Counted from the first letter of the stretch, positions 15,098 through 24,007 are shown. The stretch is 32,334 nucleotides of DNA from Candidatus Stahliibacteriota bacterium (GCA_030592225.1 JAUVJT010000002.1:1-32334), one strand, 5' to 3'. The notes: a model not told the origin generated them from the letters alone. Numbers and translations: made by a program.

Positions 15098-17176
15098 CTA
15101 TTCGGGAGGGAAGGGCGTTTTGGAGATCTTCAGCCTCAACTGGCATTTCAGGCACCGCTTTGCCTCGTCCACCGCCACCTCTTCTGCAAACACGCATTCC
15201 ACCTCGGAAAAATCGCTCAATCTCTTGCTGACTGGAAGGCTTTCAGCTTCGGCCCGCTTTCTTGAGGCAAATTCCTCGTCTCTTCCTATGCAAGGGTCTT
15301 CTTCCTCTTCCGGAACGAGTTTTTGCTCAATTTGACCCTCCCCACCCAGGTACTTATCTATGGAAGAAGCGGCCATTCTACCTTGCTGAATCGCCTCGAT
15401 CACCGAAGAAGGCCCGCTCACTATATCACCCCCTGCAAATACACCTCGTTTTGAAGTCAGGAGTGATTCGGAGTCCGCCTCAACGTTCCCCCATTTATTG
15501 GCTGAAAGACCAAATTCCCTGGGAACCTTGGAGCGCTGACCGATGGCCATTATCAGGTTATCCACTTCGAGGGTATACTCACTGCCTTCAACGGGAACGG
15601 GGCGCCTTCTGCCGCTGGCGTCGGGTTCGCCCAGTTCCATCTTTATGCACTCCACTTTCAATCCGTCGCGTCCGGACGAAACGTTGGTGGGCGCCGTAAG
15701 AAAGCTGATGTTCACGCCTTCGTTTATGGTCTCTTCTATCTCTTCAGCGGTTGCAGGCATCTCTCCGCGGGTTCGCCGGTAGAGTATGCTGACTTTTTTC
15801 GCCCCCATCCTTAACACGCTTCTCGCCACGTCCATGGCCACGTTGCCGCCTCCGACGACCGCAATCTCCCCGGCAATGTCTATCTTTCGCCCCAGATTTA
15901 TGGCGTGCAGCACGGCTATTCCGTCCAGCACCAGGGGGTTATCCTCTCCAGAGATTCTCATCTTCATGCTCTCGGAAGTACCTATGGCCAAAAAGATTGC
16001 GTCAAATCCCTGGTTAAACAGTTCATCGAGCGAGGCTATCGTGACGTCCAGCTTTATGTTCACGCCGATGTCTTCTATATATTTAATCTCCTGGTCAAGA
16101 ACCTCTCTCGGCAGCCGGTACTTGGGTATACACGTTCGCATCATTCCACCGGGTTCAGACAGGGATTCGAAAACGGTCACGGAATGCCCCAACGGTCTTA
16201 AGAACCACGCCGCGGTCAATCCTGCAGGCCCGGAGCCTACGACCGCCACCTTTTTGCCGGTCTCGGGCGCGATTGCAATTTTGGAACGCCACCTGCCCGA
16301 ATCCCGCTCGGCTATGAATCTTTTCAGCGCTTTTATAGAAATCGGCTCGTTTACTTCGGTTCTGCGGCACGCCTCCTCGCACGGATGAAAACACACGTGC
16401 CCCAGCACGTTCGGGAACGGAACCTTTTGTCTTACGACCTCCAGGGCATCCTGATACCTGCCCTCGGTAATCAGCTTCACGTATAATGGAACGTCTATCC
16501 CTGCGGGACAAGCGTCTTTGCAGGGCACCAGCACCTTTTCGCGGTCTTCTTCGGCAAATTCCTTCTTGTCAACCAATGAACCTGAAGGGCACACCTCCAC
16601 GCACGCCAGACAGAACTTGCACCCTGCATCTTTCAACGATACGTCGCTGCTGGTGCCTACGAGGGTCTTTATACCCCGGTCAACCAGGCCAATGACACCG
16701 GCGCCCCTTATATCCTGGCACATCCTTACGCAGCGTTCGCACAGTATACACAGGTTAGGATCCCTGGTAAATAACGGCTCGTCTGAGGCAACGGCAAAAC
16801 CCCTGTGATGAGGCGTATGTCCGGCAAGCAGTTCGGGTACGCCAATCCAATCGGCCACTTTCCTCAACTGCGAATTCTCGGCAAGCTTATGCGGATATTC
16901 GCTCAAGGTCAGCCAGATGTTGTTCTTCCTCAATTCCTTAAGCCTTGGGGTATTGGTATGAACCACCATTCCTTCGCCGGCGGTCGTGACGCACGCAGCC
17001 GGAAATCCCCTCATGCCTTCTATCTCCACAACGCACAACCGGCACGCGGCCATAGGGGGAATGTCGGGGTGATAGCACAGATTAGGAATATAAATGCCGG
17101 CGCGGAGCGCGGCCTGCAACACTGTTTCGCCCGCTTGCGCTTTTACTTGCTTGTCGTCAACAATCAAAGTAATCAT
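15098..17176 (-). CDS. Fusion protein: NuoG/HydA-N-terminal-type Fe-S module plus GltD/NfnB-like FAD/NAD(P)H oxidoreductase
   Basis: Start moved to ATG 17176 (MITLIVDD), preceded by GGAGGTGG. Plant-type 2Fe-2S region (CYHP...C.LC). CILCERCVRMC and CKFCLACVEVCP clusters. GltD-type CKDACPAG...CFHPCEEAC. Dinucleotide folds VAVVGSGPAGLTAA and IAVVGGGNVAMD. Confidence 0.9.
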   Translation of the reverse strand: MITLIVDDKQVKAQAGETVLQAALRAGIYIPNLCYHPDIPPMAACRLCVVEIEGMRGFPAACVTTAGEGMVVHTNTPRLKELRKNNIWLTLSEYPHKLAENSQLRKVADWIGVPELLAGHTPHHRGFAVASDEPLFTRDPNLCILCERCVRMCQDIRGAGVIGLVDRGIKTLVGTSSDVSLKDAGCKFCLACVEVCPSGSLVDKKEFAEEDREKVLVPCKDACPAGIDVPLYVKLITEGRYQDALEVVRQKVPFPNVLGHVCFHPCEEACRRTEVNEPISIKALKRFIAERDSGRWRSKIAIAPETGKKVAVVGSGPAGLTAAWFLRPLGHSVTVFESLSEPGGMMRTCIPKYRLPREVLDQEIKYIEDIGVNIKLDVTIASLDELFNQGFDAIFLAIGTSESMKMRISGEDNPLVLDGIAVLHAINLGRKIDIAGEIAVVGGGNVAMDVARSVLRMGAKKVSILYRRTRGEMPATAEEIEETINEGVNISFLTAPTNVSSGRDGLKVECIKMELGEPDASGRRRPVPVEGSEYTLEVDNLIMAIGQRSKVPREFGLSANKWGNVEADSESLLTSKRGVFAGGDIVSGPSSVIEAIQQGRMAASSIDKYLGGEGQIEQKLVPEEEEDPCIGRDEEFASRKRAEAESLPVSKRLSDFSEVECVFAEEVAVDEAKRCLKCQLRLKISKTPFPPE

Positions 17177-17192
17177 TGCACCACCTCCGTAA

Positions 17193-18947
17193 TCATTGTA
17201 TTGCGTCGAAGTTGCACGCGGCAATACACGCCTTGCATTTTATGCATTTCTCTTTGTCTATCTTCGCGTACTGCTTCTTTTCCCAAACGACGGCATCGAC
17301 AGGACACGCCTTGTAGCAGGCCCCGCATTTTACGCATTTCTCCTCTATGACCTCGAATTTCACAAGCTCCACGCATACGTGAGCGGGACAGCGCTTGCCT
17401 TCTATGTGCGCTTCATACTCATCTGAAAAGTACTTCAGGGTTGTCAACGCCGGATTGGGTGCAGTATTGCCGAGTCCGCAAAGCGCGGTGTCTTTTATGG
17501 ACTCGCCCATCTTTTGCAGAAATTCAAGGTGCTCTTGCTTGCCCTTGCCTTCGGTGATTTGTTCGAGAACCTCCAGCATCCTTTTTAAGCCAACCCTGCA
17601 CGGAACGCACTTACCGCACGATTCCGCCACCGTGAAGGCCAGGAAGAACCGGGCTATATCAACCATACAGGTGCTCTCATCCATGACGACGAAACCGCCT
17701 GACCCCATAATCGCGCCCGTTTTCGTAATGGACTCAAAATCAATAGGCGTATCCATAAGGTCTTCGGGCAGACACCCGCCCGAAGGACCGCCTATCTGTA
17801 TGCCTTTGAACGCTTTTTTCTTATTCAGCATCCCGCCGCCCGGGCCGTATATGAGCCGGCGAATAGTGGTTCCCATCGGGATTTCTACCAGACCGGTATT
17901 CTTCACCTTGCCGGCCAGGGCAAAAACCTTTGTGCCCGTACTCTTTTCAGTACCTATGGAAGAGTACCACTTCACGCCCCTCGTAATGATATGCCTGACG
18001 TTGGCAAAGGTCTCCACGTTGTTAATGACCGTCGGCTTGTCCCATAATCCCTTTTGCGCAGGATACGGGGGCCGGGGTTTCGGCATTCCCCTGCGGCCTT
18101 CGATTGACGCGATAAGAGCGGTTTCCTCGCCGCACACAAACGCCCCGGCGCCTTGCTTTATGGTAATCTCAAACGAGAACTCCGAGCCGAGGATACCCTG
18201 ACCCAGAAATCCTTTTTCCCCGGCCTGTGATATCGCTCCCTCTAATCTCTTTATTGCCAATGGATACTCCGCACGGCAGTAGATGTATCCCGCATTTGCG
18301 CCGATTGCAAAACCCGCGATGATCATTCCTTCAATCACCGAATGCGGGTCACCCTCCAGGATACTGCGGTCCATGAACGCCCCTGGATCGCCTTCGTCTG
18401 CGTTGCAGATTATGTACTTTTCATCGCTCGCTTCTTTTTTGCAGAACTCCCACTTCAACCCTGTGGGGAATCCGCCGCCGCCCCTGCCTCTCAGGCCTGA
18501 GCTTTTTATTTCCTCTATCACCTGCTGTGGAGTCATCTGCAGTATCTTTTTCAATGCATCGTAGCCGCCCTGGTCAAGATAATCACTAATCTTGTCAGGG
18601 TCAATCTCACCGCAGTTTGAAAGAACAATCCTTACCTGGTCAGCGAAAAACTGCTTGTAATCATCACCGGCCTGCAGTCTTTTTACGGGTTCCCCTGCCT
18701 GCAGATGCTTTTCTGCAAGCTCTGAGATGTCCTCAGGCGTAACGTACTCGTAGATAACCCGGCCGAGTTCAGGGGTAATGATATCAACCAGCACGTCCCT
18801 GAACAGACCCCTGTCGCCGGTTTTTACAATTTCCCATTTATCGGTCAACTTGTGACGCGCCAGCTCATTTCTGAAATTAGCCTCCACCTTTTCAGCGCCG
18901 GCTGCAATCCCGCTCGTACCCATGCATATCAGTATTCGGTTTTCCAT
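17193..18947 (-). CDS. NuoF/HydB-like NAD(H)-binding flavoprotein subunit with C-terminal 2x[4Fe-4S] ferredoxin domain
   Basis: Start moved to ATG 18947 (MENRILIC), 1 nt after the NuoE-like stop. GRGGGGFPTGLKW (FMN/NADH site), ESCGKCVPCR (N3-type cluster), CVKCGACYKACP and CIKCKACIAAC. Confidence 0.9.
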   Translation of the reverse strand: MENRILICMGTSGIAAGAEKVEANFRNELARHKLTDKWEIVKTGDRGLFRDVLVDIITPELGRVIYEYVTPEDISELAEKHLQAGEPVKRLQAGDDYKQFFADQVRIVLSNCGEIDPDKISDYLDQGGYDALKKILQMTPQQVIEEIKSSGLRGRGGGGFPTGLKWEFCKKEASDEKYIICNADEGDPGAFMDRSILEGDPHSVIEGMIIAGFAIGANAGYIYCRAEYPLAIKRLEGAISQAGEKGFLGQGILGSEFSFEITIKQGAGAFVCGEETALIASIEGRRGMPKPRPPYPAQKGLWDKPTVINNVETFANVRHIITRGVKWYSSIGTEKSTGTKVFALAGKVKNTGLVEIPMGTTIRRLIYGPGGGMLNKKKAFKGIQIGGPSGGCLPEDLMDTPIDFESITKTGAIMGSGGFVVMDESTCMVDIARFFLAFTVAESCGKCVPCRVGLKRMLEVLEQITEGKGKQEHLEFLQKMGESIKDTALCGLGNTAPNPALTTLKYFSDEYEAHIEGKRCPAHVCVELVKFEVIEEKCVKCGACYKACPVDAVVWEKKQYAKIDKEKCIKCKACIAACNFDAIQ

Positions 18948-18948
18948 T

Positions 18949-19422
18949 TTACTCAGCCCCTTCCGATTTGTAGCTGTCCAGAAGGACGTCCAGGTTTTTA
19001 ATAGTGCACCTTCCGTGAAAATCTTCGTCAACCACAATAACGGGCGCTATGCCGCAGCACCCGAGGCACGCAACTCTTTCAAGGGAAAACGTGCCGTCGG
19101 CCGTGGTTTCGCCTTCGCTTACTCCTAATTTGTCTGACAGGTAATCGAGAAGTTCCTTCCCGCCCATGACGTGACAGGCGGTGCCCTGGCAAACCCTGAT
19201 AGTATGCCTGCCCCGCGGGGTAAGGTAAAATTGAGTGTAGAACGTCAACACCCCGTAGATTTTTACCGGATAGATTGAAAGTTCTTTTGAAACCAACTCT
19301 ACTGCCTCTTTGGAAACGTAGCCATAGGTGTCTTGAATTTCCTGCAGCAGGGGAATCAAGGCGCCCTTTTTGTCGCGGTATCGCTCAATCGTCTTCTTTG
19401 CATCCGAAAGGTCAATCTCCAT
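18949..19422 (-). CDS. NuoE/HydC-like [2Fe-2S] subunit
   Basis: 157 aa. Has CQGTACHVMG and CLGCCGIAP cluster motifs. Confidence 0.9.
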   Translation of the reverse strand: MEIDLSDAKKTIERYRDKKGALIPLLQEIQDTYGYVSKEAVELVSKELSIYPVKIYGVLTFYTQFYLTPRGRHTIRVCQGTACHVMGGKELLDYLSDKLGVSEGETTADGTFSLERVACLGCCGIAPVIVVDEDFHGRCTIKNLDVLLDSYKSEGAE

Positions 19423-19502
19423 TTACAGACCATCCTCTTTAGATACTTTTTTTTAACTTGTGTGCCGATTCATGTGGAGGCACAAATCGCTAGTTACCGG
19501 CA

Positions 19503-19530
19503 ACTATACTCATTTGAATCGCCGTGTCAA
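19503..19530 (-). promoter_or_regulatory. Promoter of the NuoE/NuoF/GltD-fusion operon (TTGACA-16-TATAGT)
   Basis: Hexamers on the minus strand. An ~75-nt leader with a GTGCC/GGCAC hairpin and AAGAGGA RBS. Confidence 0.6.
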
Positions 19531-19656
19531 GGTTTTGGGGAGCAAACTCTGGGGAATTTCTCTCCGGTCGTTGGGGAGTTTTGCCGCAAAGAAGTCGAAC
19601 TGCCCGAATTATTCCCGTTGACTAAGACGTGTCAATCAGAAAAGGGTGTATGAAAC

Positions 19657-20625
19657 TCAGCCGCTTACTCTTGGAACGGCTGTTTTCTTGACCACTGGCC
19701 TCTGGACCGTCTTAATTTCATATTGCGGGATAATTTTTACCGCAACTATTTTGACAGTGACCATCTTCGAGGTCATTATGCTGTAGGAATTATCCAGCTT
19801 TATATAGAAACTTCCATTGATAGGCTTATCCATCTTGGCGTAATCCGTAACAATTCCACTGCTATATTTGAAGGGTACCCAATTACCATAAGAATATCTC
19901 TCTAAAGTGTAATTGATGTCGAGACCTGAGTTCAAAGTATACAACTTAGACAAGTAACCTAGCGCAAATCCGGCAACTGGATCAACTATCCCTACCACCT
20001 CTGGCAGTTGTTCTACCATGGAATTCAGACCTTCAACGGCCTCCTGCCCTACTCCTATCCAATATACCCAATACGATGTTCCTTCCGGAAGCGAGACCTT
20101 TACGCTTGACGACAACCCAGCACTTATTTTCTTTTGGGTATCGACTAATTTTTCTGGAACTGAATCTACCTTGACCAATGTAGATTCTACAACCGAAACG
20201 TATGTGGTTTCATAAAGTATGTCCCAGATTACACTCGTATTAAATCCAATTTGCTCTTCGCTAGAGGGAATACGCTTGATACTCAGTCCATAAGTCTTAC
20301 GAAAAAGGAAGGTGTTGGCTAACTCGAAACAATATACGGCTGTCTTGGGAACCGCAATCTTTTTGTCTACCCATCTGGTTTTAGTGTCTTGGAACTTAAC
20401 TGATGCTGGCCATTCCCGGATAATTATTCCACTTATGTCTTCACCTTTAATCGGCTCGACATTGATAACTATCGTATCTCCCGCAGCAAAGCTGTAGTAA
20501 AAGGTCTGTGTTTCACTGGCAGGTATCTTGAAGGTCAAGTTTGCAACATCGACTGTTTCGAGAGCAATCAGAGCATGTACACCCATCAATACAATTGTTA
20601 CAGCAACAAACAAGAATTTCTTCAT
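19657..20625 (-). CDS. Secreted hypothetical protein (AT-rich orphan gene)
   Basis: 322-aa ORF with signal peptide MKKFLFVAVTIVLMGVHA, GAGGAGG RBS and its own consensus promoter. No recognisable domain. Confidence 0.65.
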   Translation of the reverse strand: MKKFLFVAVTIVLMGVHALIALETVDVANLTFKIPASETQTFYYSFAAGDTIVINVEPIKGEDISGIIIREWPASVKFQDTKTRWVDKKIAVPKTAVYCFELANTFLFRKTYGLSIKRIPSSEEQIGFNTSVIWDILYETTYVSVVESTLVKVDSVPEKLVDTQKKISAGLSSSVKVSLPEGTSYWVYWIGVGQEAVEGLNSMVEQLPEVVGIVDPVAGFALGYLSKLYTLNSGLDINYTLERYSYGNWVPFKYSSGIVTDYAKMDKPINGSFYIKLDNSYSIMTSKMVTVKIVAVKIIPQYEIKTVQRPVVKKTAVPRVSG

Positions 20626-20660
20626 TAGTTATTCCTCCTCAATTAAGGGGTTGCTGTTCA

Positions 20661-20688
20661 ATAATAGCCGCTTTCTTCATAGTGTCAA
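20661..20688 (-). promoter_or_regulatory. Promoter of the AT-rich secreted orphan gene (TTGACA-16-TATTAT)
   Basis: Hexamers on the minus strand. An 8-bp palindrome GCATCAAC/GTTGATGC (20700-20718) lies just upstream. Confidence 0.55.
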
Positions 20689-20763
20689 GCGTCGTTGCCG
20701 CATCAACACGGTTGATGCACTCCAAAAAAATCTGAGTAATCTGTGTCATCTGTGGTTTATAAC
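20689..20763. repeat. Composite repeat module (GTCGTTGCCGC..CAACACGGTT..GCACTCC..AAAAAAATCTGAGTAATCTGTGTCATCTGTGGTTTAT)
   Basis: Three ATCTG units at 10-nt spacing. Homologous in module order to the reverse complement of 24008-24102. Confidence 0.6.
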
Positions 20764-20792
20764 TTGACTCACCCCGTCCCGTCCCATAGAAT
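20764..20792 (+). promoter_or_regulatory. Promoter of asd (TTGACT-17-TAGAAT), 5 nt from the ATG, so predicted leaderless
   Basis: No Shine-Dalgarno. The -35 directly abuts the ATCTGTGGTTTATAAC repeat. Confidence 0.55.
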
Positions 20793-20797
20793 AGCAT

Positions 20798-21793
20798 ATG
20801 CGAGTTGGAATCATCGGCGCCACCGGTCTGGTAGGGCGAACGACCTTGAGGATTTTGGAAGAGCGGGGGTTTCCGGTAAGTGAACTGGCCCTGTTTGCAT
20901 CTGAGAGGAGTACCGGCGAGCGGATAGAGTTCAAGGGTGAAGAGTATGAGGTTATGACGGTGGGTGAGAATTGGGATCTGCTTGCCGACATCTTCTTCTG
21001 CTCGGTGGATGATGAGGTGGCGAGGGGATTACTGAAGGGCTACGAGGGCGATGCCTGGGTGATAGACAAGTCCAAGGTGTTCAGGATGGACCCGAACGTA
21101 CCCCTGGTGGTGCCCGAGGTCAACTGGAACGCGGTGGGAGAGAGCGAGTCGAGGATAATCGCCAACCCGAACTGCACCACCATCCCCTTTGTGATGGCTC
21201 TGGATGCGGTTCGTAAGGTTGAGAGACCGGTGAGGATTGTGGTGACCGCTCTGCAGTCCGCATCAGGCGCAGGCAAGGCCGCGCTGGAGGAATTGAGTCT
21301 ACAAAGGGAGTACCTGGCTGCGGATCAGAAGATGCCGCAGGATGCAAAGGAAGTATTCCCGCAGATTCTTGAAGCCAACCTGATACCGCAGATAGGCTCG
21401 TTCGATAAGGCAGGGGAGTCATCCGAGGAGCGCAAGCTAAGGGAGGAGTCGAGAAAGATTCTGGGTGATGCGGAATTGCAAATCCATGCCACTTGCGTCA
21501 GGGTGCCGGTGGAGGTGGGTCACTCGCTGGCGGTGAGCTGTGTGTTCGAGGAGAAGGTGGACATCAAGGCTATCGGAGATTCCCTGGCGTCGTTCTCCGG
21601 GATCGTGTTGGTGCCTGATGGTGAATTGATAACTCCCAGGGAGGTAGAGGGTAAAGACGAGGTGTTCTGCGCCCGGCTGCGGTACGATCCGCAGGACGAG
21701 CGGGTGATTCATATGTGGCTGGCTGCGGATAATTTGAAGAAAGGGGCGGCGTTAAACGCCATACAGATTGCAGAAAAATTAACCAATCCCTGA
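20798..21793 (+). CDS. asd: Aspartate-semialdehyde dehydrogenase
   Basis: N-terminal GIIGATGLVG Rossmann motif. Active-site NPNCTTI. 331 aa, as for the short Asd class. Confidence 0.9.
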   Translation: MRVGIIGATGLVGRTTLRILEERGFPVSELALFASERSTGERIEFKGEEYEVMTVGENWDLLADIFFCSVDDEVARGLLKGYEGDAWVIDKSKVFRMDPNVPLVVPEVNWNAVGESESRIIANPNCTTIPFVMALDAVRKVERPVRIVVTALQSASGAGKAALEELSLQREYLAADQKMPQDAKEVFPQILEANLIPQIGSFDKAGESSEERKLREESRKILGDAELQIHATCVRVPVEVGHSLAVSCVFEEKVDIKAIGDSLASFSGIVLVPDGELITPREVEGKDEVFCARLRYDPQDERVIHMWLAADNLKKGAALNAIQIAEKLTNP

Positions 21794-21826
21794 TTTTACT
21801 AACAGATTGCTTTACCATTAAAATAA

Positions 21827-21855
21827 TTGACATCATGCCCATTATTCCGTATACT
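21827..21855 (+). promoter_or_regulatory. Promoter of M23 paralogue 1 (TTGACA-17-TATACT), 8 nt from the ATG, so predicted leaderless
   Basis: Perfect -35 and near-perfect -10. No Shine-Dalgarno. Confidence 0.6.
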
Positions 21856-21863
21856 TTTTGTCC

Positions 21864-22853
21864 ATGTTTTCAGGACGCCTTAAAAAAACCCTTTCGGGCC
21901 GGGTTAGTATTCTTATTGATCCAGGTAATCAATCACGGGCACGTCACATCACGCTGCCTAAATGGCTCCTCGCCACACTATCGCTTCTTGCCGTCTCGTT
22001 CATCCTGGGTGTGGGTTTCTACTCGCTGAGCAGTTTTAATCTCAACGGCAAAGTAAACCGCCTGGAGTGCAAAAACCAAAAGATAGCGCAAAAGATAGGT
22101 ACGCTCCGGCAAACCGCTGACTCAATAAGCACCTGCCTGGCTTACGTTGAACGCCACGACGTCCAGCTTCGCATTCGCAAGGGCATGCAAGTACTGCCCG
22201 CAGACGTGCGCCAACTCGGTGTGGGCGGCCCAACCACGGTGCCTGAGGAGTTGGCCGGATTGAGGAAGACCAAAAGCCCCTACTATTCCGAGGTCAGCCG
22301 CATATCTCAGGACGTGAACGCGCTGCTGCGCAAGGCGCGCTATCAAGTGGAGAGTTTTGCAGAAGTCGAGGCCAGGCTCGCCAAGGACACCGAGATGTGG
22401 AATCATATCCCTTCTATTGTACCCACCACCGGCAGGTTCAGCGGACGTTTCGGGTTCAGGAAAGACCCCATCCTGGGAATCCGCAAGATGCACTGCGGGG
22501 TGGACATAAGCAACAAAATTGGAACCCCGGTCATAGCGCCCGCCGACGGCGTGGTCTGCTTTACAGGCAAACTCAGCGGTTACGGCATCGTGATGAAGAT
22601 TGACCACGGCTACGGTATAATGACCGTCTACGCCCACCTTTCCCGCATATACGTCGAGCCGGGCCAGGAGGTTTCGCGCTACGATTTGATTGCCGCCATC
22701 GGCAACACCGGCAGAACCGTGGGACCGCACCTGCACTACGAGGTACGCATAGCAGGCAAAGCGGTCAATCCAGAGGGCTATCTCCTCGACGCAGACGAGG
22801 CTTTCAAAGGCCAACCTCCCGAAACCTGGCCCCGGCTTCTTCCGCAGCGTTAG
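21864..22853 (+). CDS. Membrane-anchored M23 (LytM-type) metallopeptidase, paralogue 1
   Basis: ATG 21864 is preferred over TTG 21858, which lies 2 nt after the -10. TM anchor, coiled-coil region, HCGVD (HxxxD) and HLHYEV (HxH). Confidence 0.85.
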   Translation: MFSGRLKKTLSGRVSILIDPGNQSRARHITLPKWLLATLSLLAVSFILGVGFYSLSSFNLNGKVNRLECKNQKIAQKIGTLRQTADSISTCLAYVERHDVQLRIRKGMQVLPADVRQLGVGGPTTVPEELAGLRKTKSPYYSEVSRISQDVNALLRKARYQVESFAEVEARLAKDTEMWNHIPSIVPTTGRFSGRFGFRKDPILGIRKMHCGVDISNKIGTPVIAPADGVVCFTGKLSGYGIVMKIDHGYGIMTVYAHLSRIYVEPGQEVSRYDLIAAIGNTGRTVGPHLHYEVRIAGKAVNPEGYLLDADEAFKGQPPETWPRLLPQR

Positions 22854-22998
22854 CCTACCAAACGAACGTATCAGCACGCCCATCCTATCTTCAGGCAAGG
22901 GCACAGTCTGTTTTGCAGACTGGATACCGGACGTCAAGACAGGCCACGGCCGCCTGGATACAGACGGTGTACTCGCCCAACAGGATTGCCATAACTCC

Positions 22999-23027
22999 TT
23001 GACAGAAGGCGCTTTTATCAGTATACT
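22999..23027 (+). promoter_or_regulatory. Promoter of M23 paralogue 2 (TTGACA-17-TATACT), 8 nt from the ATG, so predicted leaderless
   Basis: Same geometry as paralogue 1. No Shine-Dalgarno. Confidence 0.6.
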
Positions 23028-23035
23028 TCAAATCC

Positions 23036-24001
23036 ATGTCAAACAGGCGTATAATGAAGTTTTTGAGGGGACGTATCACGTTCCTGGCTGATTTCGCAGG
23101 CAAGCAGAAAGCCCTGACCGTCAGTGTTCCCCGCTGGCTGCTTGCTTTATGCGGTTTGATATTCCTTTCCCTGATTGGATTTGGAGCGGGAACGGTTGTT
23201 CATCGCATGAGGAACGAGTTTCCCCATTACGAACTGACTCGGCTGGAAAACGAGCACCAAAGGATAGTTGAAAAATATGGGGCACTGAAATGCCAGGCTG
23301 ACTCCCTCAACATGCTCCTTGCCTTTATGGAACAGCACGACGTGCAGCTCCGCATCCAGGGTAATCTAGACGTGCTGCCCGCCGACGTTCGCAAGCTGGG
23401 TATCGGCGGTCCGGACGAGGAGTCGCCGCAGATGGCCAGGCTCCGCCAGATGCGCGGTTCGGCTTACAAACAGGCCGAGCAGCTTACCCGAACGGTGGAG
23501 GATATGAAACGCAAGACCCTCTACCAGCAGGAGAGCTTTGCAGAGATTGCCGATAAGCTCGATCAGGAACAGCACGCAAGGGATCACACACCCTCCATTC
23601 CCCCTGCCGAAGGACACATGACCAGCGGCTTCGGCTACAGGATTGACCCCTTTCTCCGATGCCCCAAACTGCACACCGGTCTTGATATTGCCAACTACCA
23701 CGGCGCACCCATCGTAGCCACAGCCGACGGAGCCGTTTCCTTTGTCGGCTACCTGGGAGGCTACGGCCGGATGGTAAAAATAGATCACGGCAACGGAATT
23801 CAAACGCTGTACGGCCATCTTTCAACAATCTGCGTAAAAGCCGGACAGCAGGTTTCCCGAAGCGAAGTAATAGGACTCATGGGCAACACCGGACGTTCCA
23901 CCGGAACCCATGTTCATTATGAAGTAAGAATAGCGGGCAACCCGGTCAACCCCATAAACTACTTTCTTCGTAAAGAGAATTCCAGGGAAATCAACTTCTA
24001 G
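23036..24001 (+). CDS. Membrane-anchored M23 metallopeptidase, paralogue 2
   Basis: Same architecture as paralogue 1. HTGLD and HVHYEV. Shared blocks HDVQLRI...LPADVRKLGIGGP and GFGYRIDPF. Confidence 0.85.
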   Translation: MSNRRIMKFLRGRITFLADFAGKQKALTVSVPRWLLALCGLIFLSLIGFGAGTVVHRMRNEFPHYELTRLENEHQRIVEKYGALKCQADSLNMLLAFMEQHDVQLRIQGNLDVLPADVRKLGIGGPDEESPQMARLRQMRGSAYKQAEQLTRTVEDMKRKTLYQQESFAEIADKLDQEQHARDHTPSIPPAEGHMTSGFGYRIDPFLRCPKLHTGLDIANYHGAPIVATADGAVSFVGYLGGYGRMVKIDHGNGIQTLYGHLSTICVKAGQQVSRSEVIGLMGNTGRSTGTHVHYEVRIAGNPVNPINYFLRKENSREINF

Positions 24002-24007
24002 TATCGA

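Noticed and set aside
17395-18201. 268-aa ORF antisense to the NuoF-like gene. Similar antisense ORFs lie at 15786-16388, 12620-13231, 13083-13718, 9842-10495, 8963-9490 and 4252-4710.
   Set aside because: All lie inside confidently called genes on the other strand. They are Ser/Pro/Arg-rich and lack start contexts. I treat them as shadow ORFs.
22122-22937. 271-aa ORF antisense to M23 paralogue 1
   Set aside because: It fully overlaps a well-supported M23 gene. It has no RBS or promoter, a low-complexity Arg/Gly/Ala-rich composition and no motif. This is typical of an antisense frame in a GC-rich coding region.
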